A stretch of 64,000 bases of DNA from Orbicella franksi (lineage: Eukaryota): NCBI GenBank assembly GCA_964199315.1, contig OZ116702.1, positions 32,116,001-32,180,000 of the forward strand, read 5' to 3'. Position 1 is the stretch's first letter. Each line of letters begins with the position of its first letter. A program made the position numbers and the translations under genes. Below the pieces are notes generated by a model, which did no database searches, had not been told where the DNA came from, and saw only the letters and a program-made list of their open reading frames with translations. Positions 36,851 to 50,140 of the stretch are shown here, piece after piece.

Positions 36851-39283
36851 TCGCTCGGATTGAATTGTCATTTGAAATTGAAGTTGTGTGCACGCAGCAT
36901 CATTTTTTGAAAAATTTCAAGATTTTTAAAGTCAAGAAACCATTAATGTTTCTTTTGGTCTTCCCAGGAATTTATTTATCTATTTGCATCAAAATGTTCC
37001 TTCAAAACTTTGTTAAAACGAAAAAAGCGTCGCCATTTCGTAGACAACCTGTGGCCACTGCACTAATAGTTGAAAGTATACGAGTAGCTCAGCCAATCAG
37101 ATTACAGCATTTGCATTAGTATACTAGTAGAATTCTACTAATACTTGATATATATTTTGTCTTCGTTTTCCCTTATAACAAGAACCAGCGCGCGTCATGT
37201 TCTTATTTACCTTTTTTTTTTAGTATTTTTTAGATCTTTTTTTGTTTTACCTTTTTTTATCAAAAAAAATTTACAAAGCATCAGAAAAAAAAAACAGACA
37301 AAATCCAGTTACGCGGTTTCTCATTACGCCGTTACGTAATTTACTAACAACCCTGCTGTACTAATTGTGGACACTGAAATAAGGAAACAAATATTATAAA
37401 TTAAACAGAAAATTGTTTAAAACCCTAACTGGTGGGAGGCTGACCAGTTGGCTATTTACAAAGCGTGGAGGAGTTGAATCTGGGAACGTCAAAAAACTGA
37501 CATCCTTCTTCAAGATATATTTATTGTTAAAAAGAACTCCCTTTTTCCTCACTCAGAAATTGTTATCTAACCTTAATTCCCTTGACACTTGATTATAATT
37601 ATTACTTCAACGATGTCACTTCAACGATGCCACTTCTTTCCTTACCTCAAAACATAAACGTATGTGTCGATATCACTCAAAAAAACATCACTCAAAATAC
37701 ACTACTTAAAGACAATAGGCTACCTTACTTTGCACTGCATTTTTACATACTCTTTCATACTTACGAAGAAAAGTGAGACAACCCGTTCTTTAATTGTGCA
37801 ATAAACTATTTGTACGTACTAGAAGGATAAAATGAATGATTTGATGTGCTGGCAAACATTGCAAATTTGACTTCTTTTGTGGCCTTTAACGGTAAGAGAC
37901 AAGGCAGGCGCTGGTAGGAAGTAAAATGACCGCCCATCATATGATGGCATACAAACGACAGACACACTAGACAGAAGCTAGCGACTGTTGTTTGAACAGA
38001 ATCACAATGACTTTCACACTTACAACAATGAAAAGAGCTACGGATATGTCTTTGCTCTGAAACGCAACAACGCCTCAAAACACGAATACCTTTGCTGATA
38101 AATAATAGGGTTAAATTTCCACAGCTTTCGCGATCGATCAAAGTCATGAAGGAACCGTTTTCTGTCGGGCCTGCCCCGCGAACCAATCAAGGCTTTCGTT
38201 TGGAATGAAAGAGTTTTGTTTGCTATCATACGCCATCAGTGCATACCGAGTTTTTCAGTTGGGCTTTGCTTTACAATCACATTTAAGTGGCAGTCCCGCT
38301 AAAAGCGGTCCACTCGACTTCGGGACCAAAAAATAATTTTCCCCCATTTTTTGTCAGTGAAAAGGGTTTGGCACATATATATATATATATATAAAAAAAG
38401 CAATTTATTATTTTCAAATTTCGTATTTTTGCTTTACTACGAGCCAAAATTGAATTTTGGCCGAACTGAGGTTGCCGGCGTGATCGGAAAGGTAAAATTC
38501 ACCGATTTTGTGTAGCGTGCTACGTCCCCTAAAGTGCAGCTCACAGAATTTCGTTTTCATGCAAATTATAAGGTACATTCATTACTTTGACTGACGAAAT
38601 ATGGAAACTTTTCGGAAAATTCTAAGCTTACCAGCGAGACTGGAAGATACCCTACTCTGAGGCCTTTGTTCACCTACTAAAATTTAGCTAAATTTGAGGG
38701 AGAAAATCTCAAAAGTTGGGTCTAAATGAAGGCTAAAAAGCACATCTCAGTAAATTTCTTACCTTAATAAACCGTTCTATAAGTTCAAACCGCTAGGTAT
38801 CTCCTTGGATTGCACGCGAAACAGATTAAAATCTGCCACAGTCAGTGTATTTACATAACCATCGCTCGTGTCAATGCTCATTTGCATAACCATTGCACTC
38901 GGTTAAAATACTTTTGCTGCCGTTCAGGTTCGTTTGTTGACCTTCTGAGTAGTAGCAAATAGCTTCCTCTAATACTTGGATACACTGTAGATCCAGTTTC
39001 GAGGTGAAGGTTGCGTTAAAGTTGATCAATTCTCAAGACTTGCGAGATACTCTAAAAGTAAATTATGGCGGTCTGCACAAATTAACCGTAGCTGTCGTCC
39101 TGATAAGTTCCTTCAGTAAATTCTGCCGCAGATCGAAGTAACACTAGGAGAAGACAAGATTCGCAAGTTTTCATTTACCGTTTAATGGCAACTGAATCCT
39201 GTACTGTACTGGGAACTTGAGGGCTGTGTGCCCGAATTTGAAAAACGACAACAACGAACACTTAACGGTTGATCGCTGATTGC

Positions 39284-39360
39284 TTGCCGGTTGATTGCCA
39301 GTTGATTGCCGGTTGATTGCCGGTTGATTGCCGGTTGATTGCCGGTTGATTGCCGGTTGA
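39284..39360. repeat. 11-bp minisatellite (TTGCCGGTTGA) x7
   Basis: Seven head-to-tail copies with one substitution. Confidence 0.95.
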
Positions 39361-41246
39361 CCGCCGTGCCGGCGGCTTTGTCCCAGATATGTCGGATGAA
39401 TATGAAAATCAGGCTTTAGCTTCCTCTCTGATTGGCCAGAAAAACGCGGAAGCTGCTGGCAGCAGCGTTTTCCCGTCGTTTTCTTCTACCATCTCAAGGT
39501 CAATGGAAAACATTTTTAGCAAAAAAAAATACACATTGGCAAGAAAGCAAGCTTTCATTTAATTGTTACAACAGAAAAAATACGAAAACGCAGGTCATTA
39601 AGGCGTTTAAAGAGGAGTCGCAGGATATGGACATATATTTGACCTCACCTTTGGCATGACATGAGGTAGGATCAAAATTGTACAAAGCCGTGGTGTCCTA
39701 GAACGCCTATGACGCGCGTCAAAGCTGGAATCAAAGTTATTGACATGTTTGACCTCGCCTTTGATCATGTGTACTGACGGCATCTGCGCTCGAGTGTCAA
39801 CCGATACCCTCGATCGACAATTCAGCGGCACCACGGTTGACACTCGATCGACAGTCCATCGACATCTCGGTCGACAGTCGGTCGACAGTCGAATAATTTT
39901 CGATCAATCCATAACACTCGGCCGACTATCGACCGACTGTTGATCGAATGTCGACCGAGGGTCGATTGAGTGTCGACCGAGTATCGATTGGGATGTCGAT
40001 CGATATTTGATTCCTCCATTGACGTTCGTCAAAGTTTGGATAAAAGCATTGATCATCTCCTTAGCCGCGCGAGTGGGAAGATGACGACAGGCGCAGCCCA
40101 GCTCATGCGGACAACTGACTTGACGGCTTCGACGGAGTAAACCAGCTGAACTTTGTCGAGTATCATTGTCAGATAAAACACTTGTCTTTATTGTTGTCCT
40201 AGAATTTCTAGTTATTTTTAGACAGTCATCTGTTAGGCTAAATGAGTAGTGTCATGTAAGAAGGCACTAAGTTTTGCCAACCGTCAAATAAGGGTTATTT
40301 ATACCGTCAACAGGGAAACGGGAAAATTTAGTTTGGCGGTCCACCCTCAGTGTTTTTTTTCGTTTGAATCATCTGACAGAGCAAGGTAACATAATTTGGC
40401 TATCTACAATACTTGGACCCCAGTATTGTGGAAATCACGGGCCAGACAAATTCTAAATCACTACCTTTTAAAGCAAGTTCTTTTTAACTACTAATTCGTC
40501 ATGACTTTGTTGCTAAGGAAGGTTTCTAACCGTCATATTTTGAAAACCAGACCTCCTAAGGATAAGCTTTTTTGCACAGGTTTGTTCCATTGAAGACTCC
40601 CGCAAAAGTTTCAAATAAACGTCAAGTAAATGAACTTAGCTTTGTTTTTTCAACATGCGTTTTATTGCCATGTTTATCACCGCAGTTTGCGTGTTATTTC
40701 TTATCAAGCTACGATGGCCAAAGAAAAAGAGTATTTACGACATATTTGACCAGTCATGTGACCAGAATAGAAAAAACCCTAAAACTTAAAAGGCATCTAA
40801 ATCCGAAAATTTAAATCAGTGTCAATAGATTAAGAACTTTCAGGGCTCAATGCTACGAATGGGTTTAATGAAACTCGCATTATCATAAAAGTTACGAGGT
40901 AATAAACCCCCTTATTAACAGACTTTCTACAGCAGCTTTCCTCTTTAACGAGTCAACAGTAATACCATACGTACGGTTATAAAGAAGGCTAAATTATTTC
41001 TGATTCATAAGAAAAAATCGGAACTCTTCTTTTTTTCTTCCAAAATTCAAAACCCCCACGGTTTGGGACTGGTACTAGTTGCGCACGCGAAATCATATTT
41101 TTTTGTGAAAGCAAATGCTCCCTCGTATAAATTTACTTTTAAGCACTGCAAAACACACTAAAATGGCTTTCCTCTAAATATCGCCTTTAGCAATCCCTGA
41201 GGAACTGCGCTAGATCTGTATTTAAGTAGGGCCGTCTTAACGCATG

Positions 41247-43514
41247 TTAAAAACGTTTCTTCAATTTCAAAGAACAGTTTTCTCCAAATGTGTAAGTTTC
41301 ACTACTGCGCGTGCCTACACCAACCGCTGTTCTACTAAAGCTGCTTTCAGATAACACAAGGAAGTCACACTCGGCTAACATGAAGTGGTCATGTAAAACT
41401 CCCATCATGCCCTCATCTGAAGGCGGTTTTTCACCCTTCTTAAAGAAATCTAAATGTTCTGGCTTATTTTCCGCCGTGATAACCTTCTCTGCAAAGTGTT
41501 TTCTCGCATAATCTTTCACCAGGAAACTGTCCGCCGCTAGAAACCATAGTGCATGTTTTCTACCATCAAGACTGAATAGTTTTCGTTCGACGTTCATTGC
41601 ACACCAGAAATATTTTGGAAAATCAGACTCAGAAACTCTGGTATTATTTCTTCCGAACTGTTTATCCCCTAGTCGAATATGAATTCCTATGACGAAGGCG
41701 CTGTTTTTACGAAGCTTTTTTCTCGTGTTTTGTAAAGCGTTCTGCAAGCGAGGAGTTGTGTGGAACAGGAAATCAAACGCGCAGCCTATCATTGCGTACC
41801 GCTGGGAGCCTGGTAACAAGGGGCTGATTTCCATGTCTTGCGCTCTTTGCATCAGACGTTTGTTCTTCTGCATTGCGCCTTCCGCAAAATATAAAATCGA
41901 TGTTACAATTTCCACCGGTTTATCGAAATAAACCTTGAAATTTTCTTTTTTCACTAAATTCACCACTGCTGAAGTGTTTTTTGTTAACCAACCGTCGAGA
42001 GCTTTGTTTGCATGACCACCAGTTCTCCAGTAATGTTTGCGTGTTTCCAAAAGCGGAATCTGAAAAGTCCAATTGATATTCTTTGGCGCCAGAAAGCTTT
42101 CTAACGGTTTGGGTGCCTTCCAATGAATCAAAAACGCCCGATCAGTAAGAATTGCCAAATAAAACAAGGAGATCATTGCGTAAACTCGGTTACCGTAACC
42201 ACAACAGCCTTTGTTTGTCCAAGGACAGGAGTAAACGAGAAATTTCGCTTCTCGCTTGTTGTTGATGATGTCTTGGTGCAGAACTTGATATTTTGACTGC
42301 CATACTTTGCCACAGATATCTGGAGAACTGTAAAGCTTTTGAGTTTGCAATGTAGTTTGTGGTCCCTCCTTTGTGGCACTTACAACTCTTTTATTCGTAG
42401 TTTTAGCTGCAATAAACAGAGAAGCACTCGTCATTACGGGAAATTATGGCGTAATATATCAAACAGAAGAAACCGTGTTTTACCACATATCCAAATACCA
42501 AGGAGAGAGTTGAAAATGCAACGCGTAGCGGAGTGTTTTTAAAGGAGCTCACTTACGCCATTTTGAGTATTTAGGTTTGCCCTTAAATCGAAGAAAACCT
42601 TGAAAATTGTAGTTTTTCTAACATAGAAAACACCAAAGGGATAGTAATAAACCACAAAAGAACTAGGATGTTAAGGATGGTGAAGATTAAGATGGATTGC
42701 AAACTTGAAACTTTAAAGACCTGTCCAAACAGGAAATGTTTGACAACCAAAAATCATAAAACATTGTTTGGTGACCAAACATGCTGATGTTGAAGTGAGT
42801 GGCCAAACGGTTAAAACATGTTTGATCAAACACAGATCAAACTATGAATACAAGCCGCTGAGTAAGCATGGGACGCATGCGCGCACCAAACATGTTTGAT
42901 ACGGCTGTCCAAACGAACAAAACATCGCCCATCAAACACGAGAACAAAAGAAATGTTTTAAGTTGTTTGATCGAATGTTTCATAGCCTTCAATTTTTTTC
43001 AAACACAACCAAACACGATCAAACACGATCAAACAGCACCAAACAAGGTGGCCGAACGGTAAAATGTTTGGTCACCAAACAATGTTTGGTGGTGTTTGGT
43101 CGCCAAACATTTCCCGTTTGGACAGGCCTTTAGGCTTAACTTTTCAAGATGCGGAAACCGCGACGTAGCTTGTTTGTAAATGTGATAAAACGCTGTCTAT
43201 CTTCTCAATCAAAACAACGGCTAAGCGGACAATAGAGTTATAAAGTCGTTTAAATCAGATATCCGAACGCAGTCGCGGTTGTGATTTCTTTGAGAACTCG
43301 CCGCTGTTCTCAAATTTCCTCCGGAAGGTTAAAATGCCATGTTGTTTATTAGTAAAGTCACATTCAATTGGACATTTGGCTTACCTGGCACAATGATAGT
43401 TGCCATTTTTACTATTTCTTCTTGATGCTTATATAGTCCAATGAAAAGGATCGTTGTAACGAACAACATTACAAGAATGGGCCATCTGAGCATGCGCAAA
43501 AGACCACCTGACAT
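41247..43514 (-). CDS. Fucosyltransferase-like type II membrane protein, paralog 3 (about 429 aa)
   Basis: complement(join(41247..42406,43385..43514)); exon lengths (1160 and 130 nt) identical to paralog 2; all motifs intact. Confidence 0.88.
42716..43130. mobile_element. 415-bp MITE with TA TSD, nested in an older TTAA-type element (about 42541-43160) in the paralog 3 intron
   Basis: ta|aagacctgtccaaac ... gtttggacaggcctt|ta; CAAACA-rich interior. The flanks join into a degenerate copy of the 50723 element. Confidence 0.85.
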
Positions 43515-44159
43515 CGCTGCTTTGTGACTGGAACACAGTAAGGGCTCAGTTGATGCCTTAAAAATGGAAGAAAAACGAATCATTCTCATGTTAATTAGGA
43601 TAAAGAGAAATATGATAAGAGAAGAATATATCTTGTAATGAGATCGGAGAAATCGAGTTTCCTTGTGTAATCGAAATCCACACATCTAAGAGATTCGCAC
43701 TTTTGTTAGCAATTCGCTGAAAACAAACGCACATAGACAAGCTAAATATACAGAGCAGGAAGCCAAAACGAAATACAAATAAAGCAAGCAAAAATTACGG
43801 AAACATAACGAAACTTACAAGATTTGTGTGGCGACTTCGACGACCAAAACATAATGACAACGGCAACTAGAAAACTAACAGCAGAAGAAGCTATACCAAA
43901 CAATTGAAACAAAGGATGAAAAAATGTACACGAAAATATGAAACGTTACGTAACCGAAAATAACTGGCGAAACTAATTAGAATGACAAATATACACGGAA
44001 TAATTTAAAAACGGAAAACAATGGACAAAAAACCCGAGGGCACGACAAAATATAGGCGCCGTGACTACACCTTGTTCGGAAAATCTTATACTTTTTACGG
44101 ATAGCTTTCTATCATTAGGCAAGAAGAATCTCACGAGGAACAACACTCATTTAGTGTAA

Positions 44160-44462
44160 GGTAAAGGTATAGTCTGCATACGAGCCAAGTGGACCATCAG
44201 GCGTGCACTTATATCTGGTTTCAGTAGCATGAAGTGACTAGGAGTATTTCTACTCCCCCTGCAAGGGATTCCAGTTCATTGCAGGGTCACCCCCAGCATT
44301 AAATTCGCCAGTACCCATTTATACACCTGGGTGGAGAGAGGAACTGTGAGAGTAAAGTGTCTTGCCCAACAACACAACACAATGTCCCCGGCCAGGGCTC
44401 GAACCCTGACCGCTCGATCCGGAGTCAAGCGCACTAACCATGAGGACACAGCGTCTCCACTT
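44160..44462 (-). mobile_element. Full-length tRNA-derived CORE-type SINE with 13-bp TSD
   Basis: Minus strand has a tRNA-like head (TGGTTAGTGCG ... GGTTCGAGCCC), CORE-like TTGGGCAAGACACTTTACTCTCAC, and a TACCTT tail; tcatttagtgtaa at 44147-44159 and 44463-44475. Confidence 0.9.
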
Positions 44463-47400
44463 TCATTTAGTGTAACATGTCAAAAAAGAAGGTTCAAGAA
44501 GACTCTCTTTTAAAACTCTATTGAAAATGCTGTTGATCTGACAGTATTCGTCAAAAGTTAAATGACTATTTCACCTGTTGTTTTGCGTGCAAAGGAGACG
44601 GCGGTCTCTATTTTAAGTACAATGCAGACACATAAGAAATTAATTAAACTTGACTGAAATCAGATCAGTTAAGTGTCGTTATTGTCGCTATGTTTGGCTT
44701 TCAGTCCAAGTCAGGTGTTAGGATAAACCTACAGTAAAATTACAGTTGCAGGGATCAAAAAGGCACTTTATCTATATGGCATTAATTACACTTAGGGCCT
44801 TTCGAAAGATCCTGGTAGTGAAACAGGGAGTCGAGAACAGGGCGCATGCAAGTTCAAGTTCAAGTTTATTATTGCACACTATTTACAGAAAACAATTTAA
44901 CTTAAGATACTTTACAATGAGACATAAAAAAAAATGCGTAGGGGCGCCGTCCATCTCTTAAATTGAAACAATGGCCAAAAGAAAACAGAGTTATAAAATC
45001 GTTAAAAACAGATATCTGAACGCTGTCATGGTTGTGATTTCATCAGGAACACTATGTATTTGCGCTGTTCTCACATTTCCTCCTGGAGGTTTCAAGCAAT
45101 CTAGTTGTTAGGTACTCAAGGCACATTTAATTGGACATTATTATCATGGCTGACAAATCACTCCTTAATTTTGGTGTGAAACTTTAGAGTTAATTTATAA
45201 TTTTGACAAAACGAACTCGGAATTATTTCCTTATTTCGCTCGTCACTCGTCAAAACAAAAAGAAAATTCACTCGTTTCCATTTGATAAGCCATATATCGT
45301 ATCGCACCTGACACATCGATAATTGCCAGTTAATATATCATGAAAAATATTTTTTTTTGGCCAAAAAAGCACTTCATATATGACATTGCACTGTGGGTCT
45401 TTCGAGATACAGTCGAACCCCTATTAAGTGGCAACCCTCAGGGAAATGGGAGGTGGTCGCTCCATAGGAGTTGAAAGCTTAACGTGAAATTTGAATATTT
45501 TCTTAGATTGGGATAATTGCATAGTGAACATAGGATCGCGTTGAGACAGTCATAATAAACGTGTGTTTGAATGTTTTTATCAGTCGTCAAAGTTTGATTT
45601 CGGACTCTTACCTCTCATGATCTTTTCCAAAAGATAACCCAACTACCGTTTGTTAAATTAATTCTGGGTGGTCGCTTAAAAGGGGTAAGGACAATAGAAA
45701 ACTCAATTGCGCATTGGGATGACAGAAAGGTGGCCGCGGCCGCGGCCGCTTAATAGAGGTGACCGTATTAGGATTTTATTTACAGTATTCTAATGACAAC
45801 ATGCCGCTTAATAATACTAATAAGGGGAGGCCGCTGAATAGAGATTCGATGGAATATTGGTCAAAGCCAAAGCTGAATAAACGCAAGCACTGGTATAAAT
45901 ATGTATTATCAAGTTCAAAAAACAAGTGCAAGCCGGAGATTATTAAGTGCTGTCCACTGTGTAAACGCTGGTAAGGACATTTGATTAACATAACGTTCAA
46001 ATTTTAAAGAACAATCATCATCCAAATTCTCATGGCCCTTTGGTGACCGTATTAACGGAGTTTCACCATCCTTAGCTACCACTTGAAAAAAAAAAAAGCG
46101 AATAGGCTATTTTCGAGTAGACCTCAAAGAGTCTTCCTGCTAAACCATTGTTCTAAAAATGCGTTTCATCTGTAAGTTTACTTTTATACAAATCAAATTC
46201 ATTTTCATAAGAAAAGTTTTGCACGAGGATTCGTTTGGAAACAGAGGTAAAAGGCAACTTGGAAATGACTTATTCATCTGTTCACGAGAATACTGCACAC
46301 CAGCATGAAGTGATCACGTGCTGGCACGAACAACGTACAATGTCGATCCCAGACCCCTAGATTTCCTACCAAGCCTTGCTCTGTCGAACATGCGTAGAAA
46401 GCCCCTTAGTCTCGAAACCTCGTGCTCAGCTTTCCATTGGTGGTTTTGGCGGTTGGGGTAGAGGTTCTTCCTTTGAGATATTACCATTTTTATATGCCAA
46501 GAGAACCCCAACCCTTAGGATAGCTGACGCCGCGATGGTGGTGGAAGGTGAGTCACTGTCGAAGTCGCACGCGAAACCGCCTTACTAGGAGGGGAACGTC
46601 TTGAGAAATAATTTATGTCATATAAATTATTTCATTCAGGGCGTGGAGTAAGGTGAACAAATCAATAACACTGGGAATACCAAACATCTTTGCGTCCTTT
46701 ACAAGGACCGTGGAGGGGGGAGGGCCACTGTCCTACCACTTTTTAGCTTGGGTTGATTGTTTAGGGCTCCTGATGACATGGATATGAATTTTACCCCGAA
46801 TGCTTGTTTGACTTGGCCAGATTTTTAACCCTACCGATGGCGCAAGGTATCGTATTTTTCAAGCCTAATTCGTATTTTTCAAGTCTCTTCATTGAGGGAA
46901 GAACGAGAATTTGTTTTCCACTGTGTCGTTTTTAATACTTTTCGACGAAGCATTCCACAGTTCGGGCAATCATACAAAGTTTACCGAGCTTCAAACGAGA
47001 GCGAAATTTTCAGACCAGTTGATTCTAGAGGACGAATGTTAGACAGAGACACAACGAGAAAACGACTCAAGTATAACATTTTAATTTAATTTTAAATTGA
47101 TATCAGCAGCCGTAAACTTCTTGAGAAACGCAATAAGTCAAGTGCTCGACTTGCGATCTGCACCCAAGTCGACAACACATTAGTACAGGTGGAAAATTTA
47201 ATTACAGCTATATACACGGCTAGTTCCCTTACAAAAATAATCCCTGCTAATTTACACACTCGTTTTTGCCCTGATATTAACATGCAAGTTGTCCTAGATG
47301 GTTCACTTACATTTTTCATAGTATAAGCTGGGGAAAAATTATCGTAGTTAAAAAAAAATTTCCCCAACTGACCAGTCACGTTAATTGCGTGACCTACTGT

Positions 47401-47924
47401 CCTCCTTGGAACGTCACGTCACGCTTGTTAAATTTCACCGGCGTATTCTAAGCTTTGTGAACGCCGACTTATTTCCATCTGCTGCTTCTAGCACAGGCGG
47501 AAATACCTGCCTCCATAGGCTCACGGCTGCTAAAATGCCAACAAAATATATTTACTTTCGTTTTGATAGCAACAACTTCTGGCTTCGACTTCAAGTTGCG
47601 GCTAGTGTAGAAAGCCGTAACGCGAGGACCCAAGTTAGGGCTGACTGGCACACATTCCTCATCCACAAAAACCTGATCAGCTGCGTTAATCTCCTAACAC
47701 ACATGTCTGGCTCTTGATACTCAGAGGAGAAAATGGATGCTGCACAAAGTTTGCGCTGAATGGGTAAGGACGATAAACTATTTACACCTAACATTTTAAC
47801 AAAGAATCATCGATCTACTTTGCGCACGTTTTACTATTAAGACTGCTCAACAGTACTCCAATGCACATATTTATTACCCCTCCCACTACGAAAAGTTAAA
47901 AACCAGCCCCTTCCTCTACCCCAA

Positions 47925-48288
47925 GCGCAAGCACAAACGCAAGCAATAGGGATGACCCAAGTGAAAACGAAATTCGTCGTCAACACAAGCACAAGCAAAA
48001 TCATCCGAACCTTCCAAACTGTTTAGGCGCGAGGTAATCTGGATCCAGTGTTTTCATTAGCCAAACATAACCACGTGTGGTAAATATCCCTGTCGTTTTC
48101 ACTTGTTGCAGCGCAAACGCAAGCATAAGCGAAAGAACGAGAAAAAGGAAAATTTTGATCCTCGTACTTGTGCTTACACTTGTGCTTATGCCTGCGTCAA
48201 CGTCGTTTTCACGGTGAAGAATTATTGTGTTTGCGCTTGTGCTTGTGCTTGAGCTTGTGCTTGCGTCGCTAGTGAAAACCAGGCTTAA
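47925..48288. repeat. GCACAA/TTGTGC-rich non-autonomous element (right end preserved)
   Basis: gcaagcacaagc motifs at left, gcttgtgc tandem motifs and gcgtcgctagtgaaaaccaggctta at right. Confidence 0.55.
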
Positions 48289-49169
48289 CTGAGCAATCGA
48301 AAGGAAACTTAACACACAACTCTTAATCGCTCTTACGTTTAAAGGTCAAAATAAATTACATCGAAAGATTGAAAAAAAAACACACACACAATACGATTTG
48401 CACTCATCAACTTCGGATCCAAAATCCTCTCCCCTCGTTCTAGGAACGAGGTTGTGCTGTTATAACTAGATAGGGCACATAGATTGAAATATAATACGTG
48501 ACGTAGTGACGATTTCGTACAATGTCAAAGACGTGCTCTGTAGGCCATGACACGAAAAAGGAACACACAACAACATGTACCACGTTATCGGGCGCGAACT
48601 TAGAAAAAAGGTTTGCGAAAAAAAAGGTAATTTTTGCTTGTCAGCCAGTTTTTATCTCTCTTTTCACGCTTGGGAATTACCACGAAATGGCGAGCGGTTG
48701 CACCACTTTGTTTTGTTGTGTCATGGGCAAAAAAAAGTGTTCTCCATAGATGAATAATGAGCGAAAGTTTAGTTGCCCAATCGTCACTGATGTCACAAGT
48801 GTTGAGAACGAAAAAGGCTGTCCATTTAGTGAACATGTCAAAATAAACCTTTCTTTCGCCGGGAATAAAAACCTTTAGAAGCCTCAAAGTAGCACGAATC
48901 ACAAATTATGGAAAGATTACGCCGAAACGAATTGTAAAACCTGGTTTGTATAGACTATTCCCTTGATTTTCGAAAATAATTTTGTGGTAGCTTAACTGTT
49001 TGTTTAGCTTTACAGCTGGTTAAAGAAAATCTCCTAACCAATCAGGGCCGAGATATTATATTTTAGCCAATTAGAAGGCAAACTAAAACCGCTGGTGCAG
49101 CCTTTCCCGCCCTTACCACTGGGTGTAAGGCATCGCGTTCCAGTGGGGAGCGTACTGAGCTAGTTTTAC

Positions 49170-49299
49170 TAAGGCCATGGTCTTTGAACGTCGAACTTCT
49201 CACAAGCCGAACCTAACGCAAATAAGAAAAAGCTATAGAGTTTTCTCCTTTGCTTTACGTCCCGGCTCATGTGAAGTTCAAGGTTTGACCGTGACCTTA
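49170..49299. mobile_element. Short palindromic MITE
   Basis: taaggccatggtctttgaacgtcgaacttctcacaagccg pairs imperfectly with cggctcatgtgaagttcaaggtttgaccgtgacctta. Confidence 0.6.
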
Positions 49300-50140
49300 C
49301 ATGAAAAAAATAATTAAACCAAAACGTTTCAGATAATCAAAATTCCACTATTGATTTCGGAAGCTCAAGTTTCGTTTTAGGCAAGGATAAATGCTTTCGG
49401 CATGGAGAAGAAAAAGAACCAAACTTCAGGTGTGCCAGTTGATGATGGAAAAATATGTCGACTAAACGTAAGAAAGTAGTGATACAAGTCTATATTTGCT
49501 TAAAATGCTTTCCTCGCACCCTATCAACCTTCCTAATGACTGCTCGCCGAGCCACCAGTCATGCAGAGAGCCTGGTTTTCTAGACCTTGAAGTAATCCGA
49601 TAAAAAACTTGCTTCTTTCGTTTACTCAGCTTCGTGCCTGGTTCAAGAACCTCGTGCAGCATCATTTAACCAATCAGAGCGAACACGTCATCTTCTCAGC
49701 CAATCAGGAGCGAAACAATATTTTGGCTCACTGGATTTTCCCGAGTTTTTCGCCGGTTACACGTTTTCCCGCTCTTGACGGCGGAAAGATTTTCCTGTTT
49801 CGAGCTGATTGGTTAGTTCTACCTTAGGGGCAGTAGTGAATGGTTCTGTGATAACTTTAACTTTGCTGGCGATTTTTACAGTGATAAAAAGAGCTAAATT
49901 TCTGTAAATCACAGAAATTCAACTGAGAGAAAAGCAGTTACCATCCTCTCCCTGAAAAATGGCTAGATAAAAAGTAATTTGTCTGAAAATACTTACACGA
50001 TACCCTATAACTTTCTATTTTACTTAGTATTTATAGCAATATATTACTACATCTATATTGTATAACCACAAATTCCCCCAGGGTATCTGGCAGGCCACAT
50101 CAAAGAGTACACTACTGACATTCAGTTCTCAGTTGCGACG

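Larger units (their letters stand above)
30800..43570. repeat. Tandem segmental duplication carrying the two fucosyltransferase-like genes (about 30800-34330 vs 39380-43570)
   Basis: Colinear shared non-coding blocks, including the TCGA-rich element and gtggaaatcacgggccagacaaattctaaatca, plus both exons. Confidence 0.9.

Noticed and set aside
6536-43570. Tandem copies as uncollapsed haplotype artefacts
   Set aside because: Copies differ by about 17% (G1/G4 protein), about 35% (FucT exon 1) and by private insertions and deletions, too much for typical alleles. Long-read confirmation is still desirable.
48001-48315. 104-aa ORF with hydrophobic segments
   Set aside because: Entirely within a GCACAA-rich repeat element.
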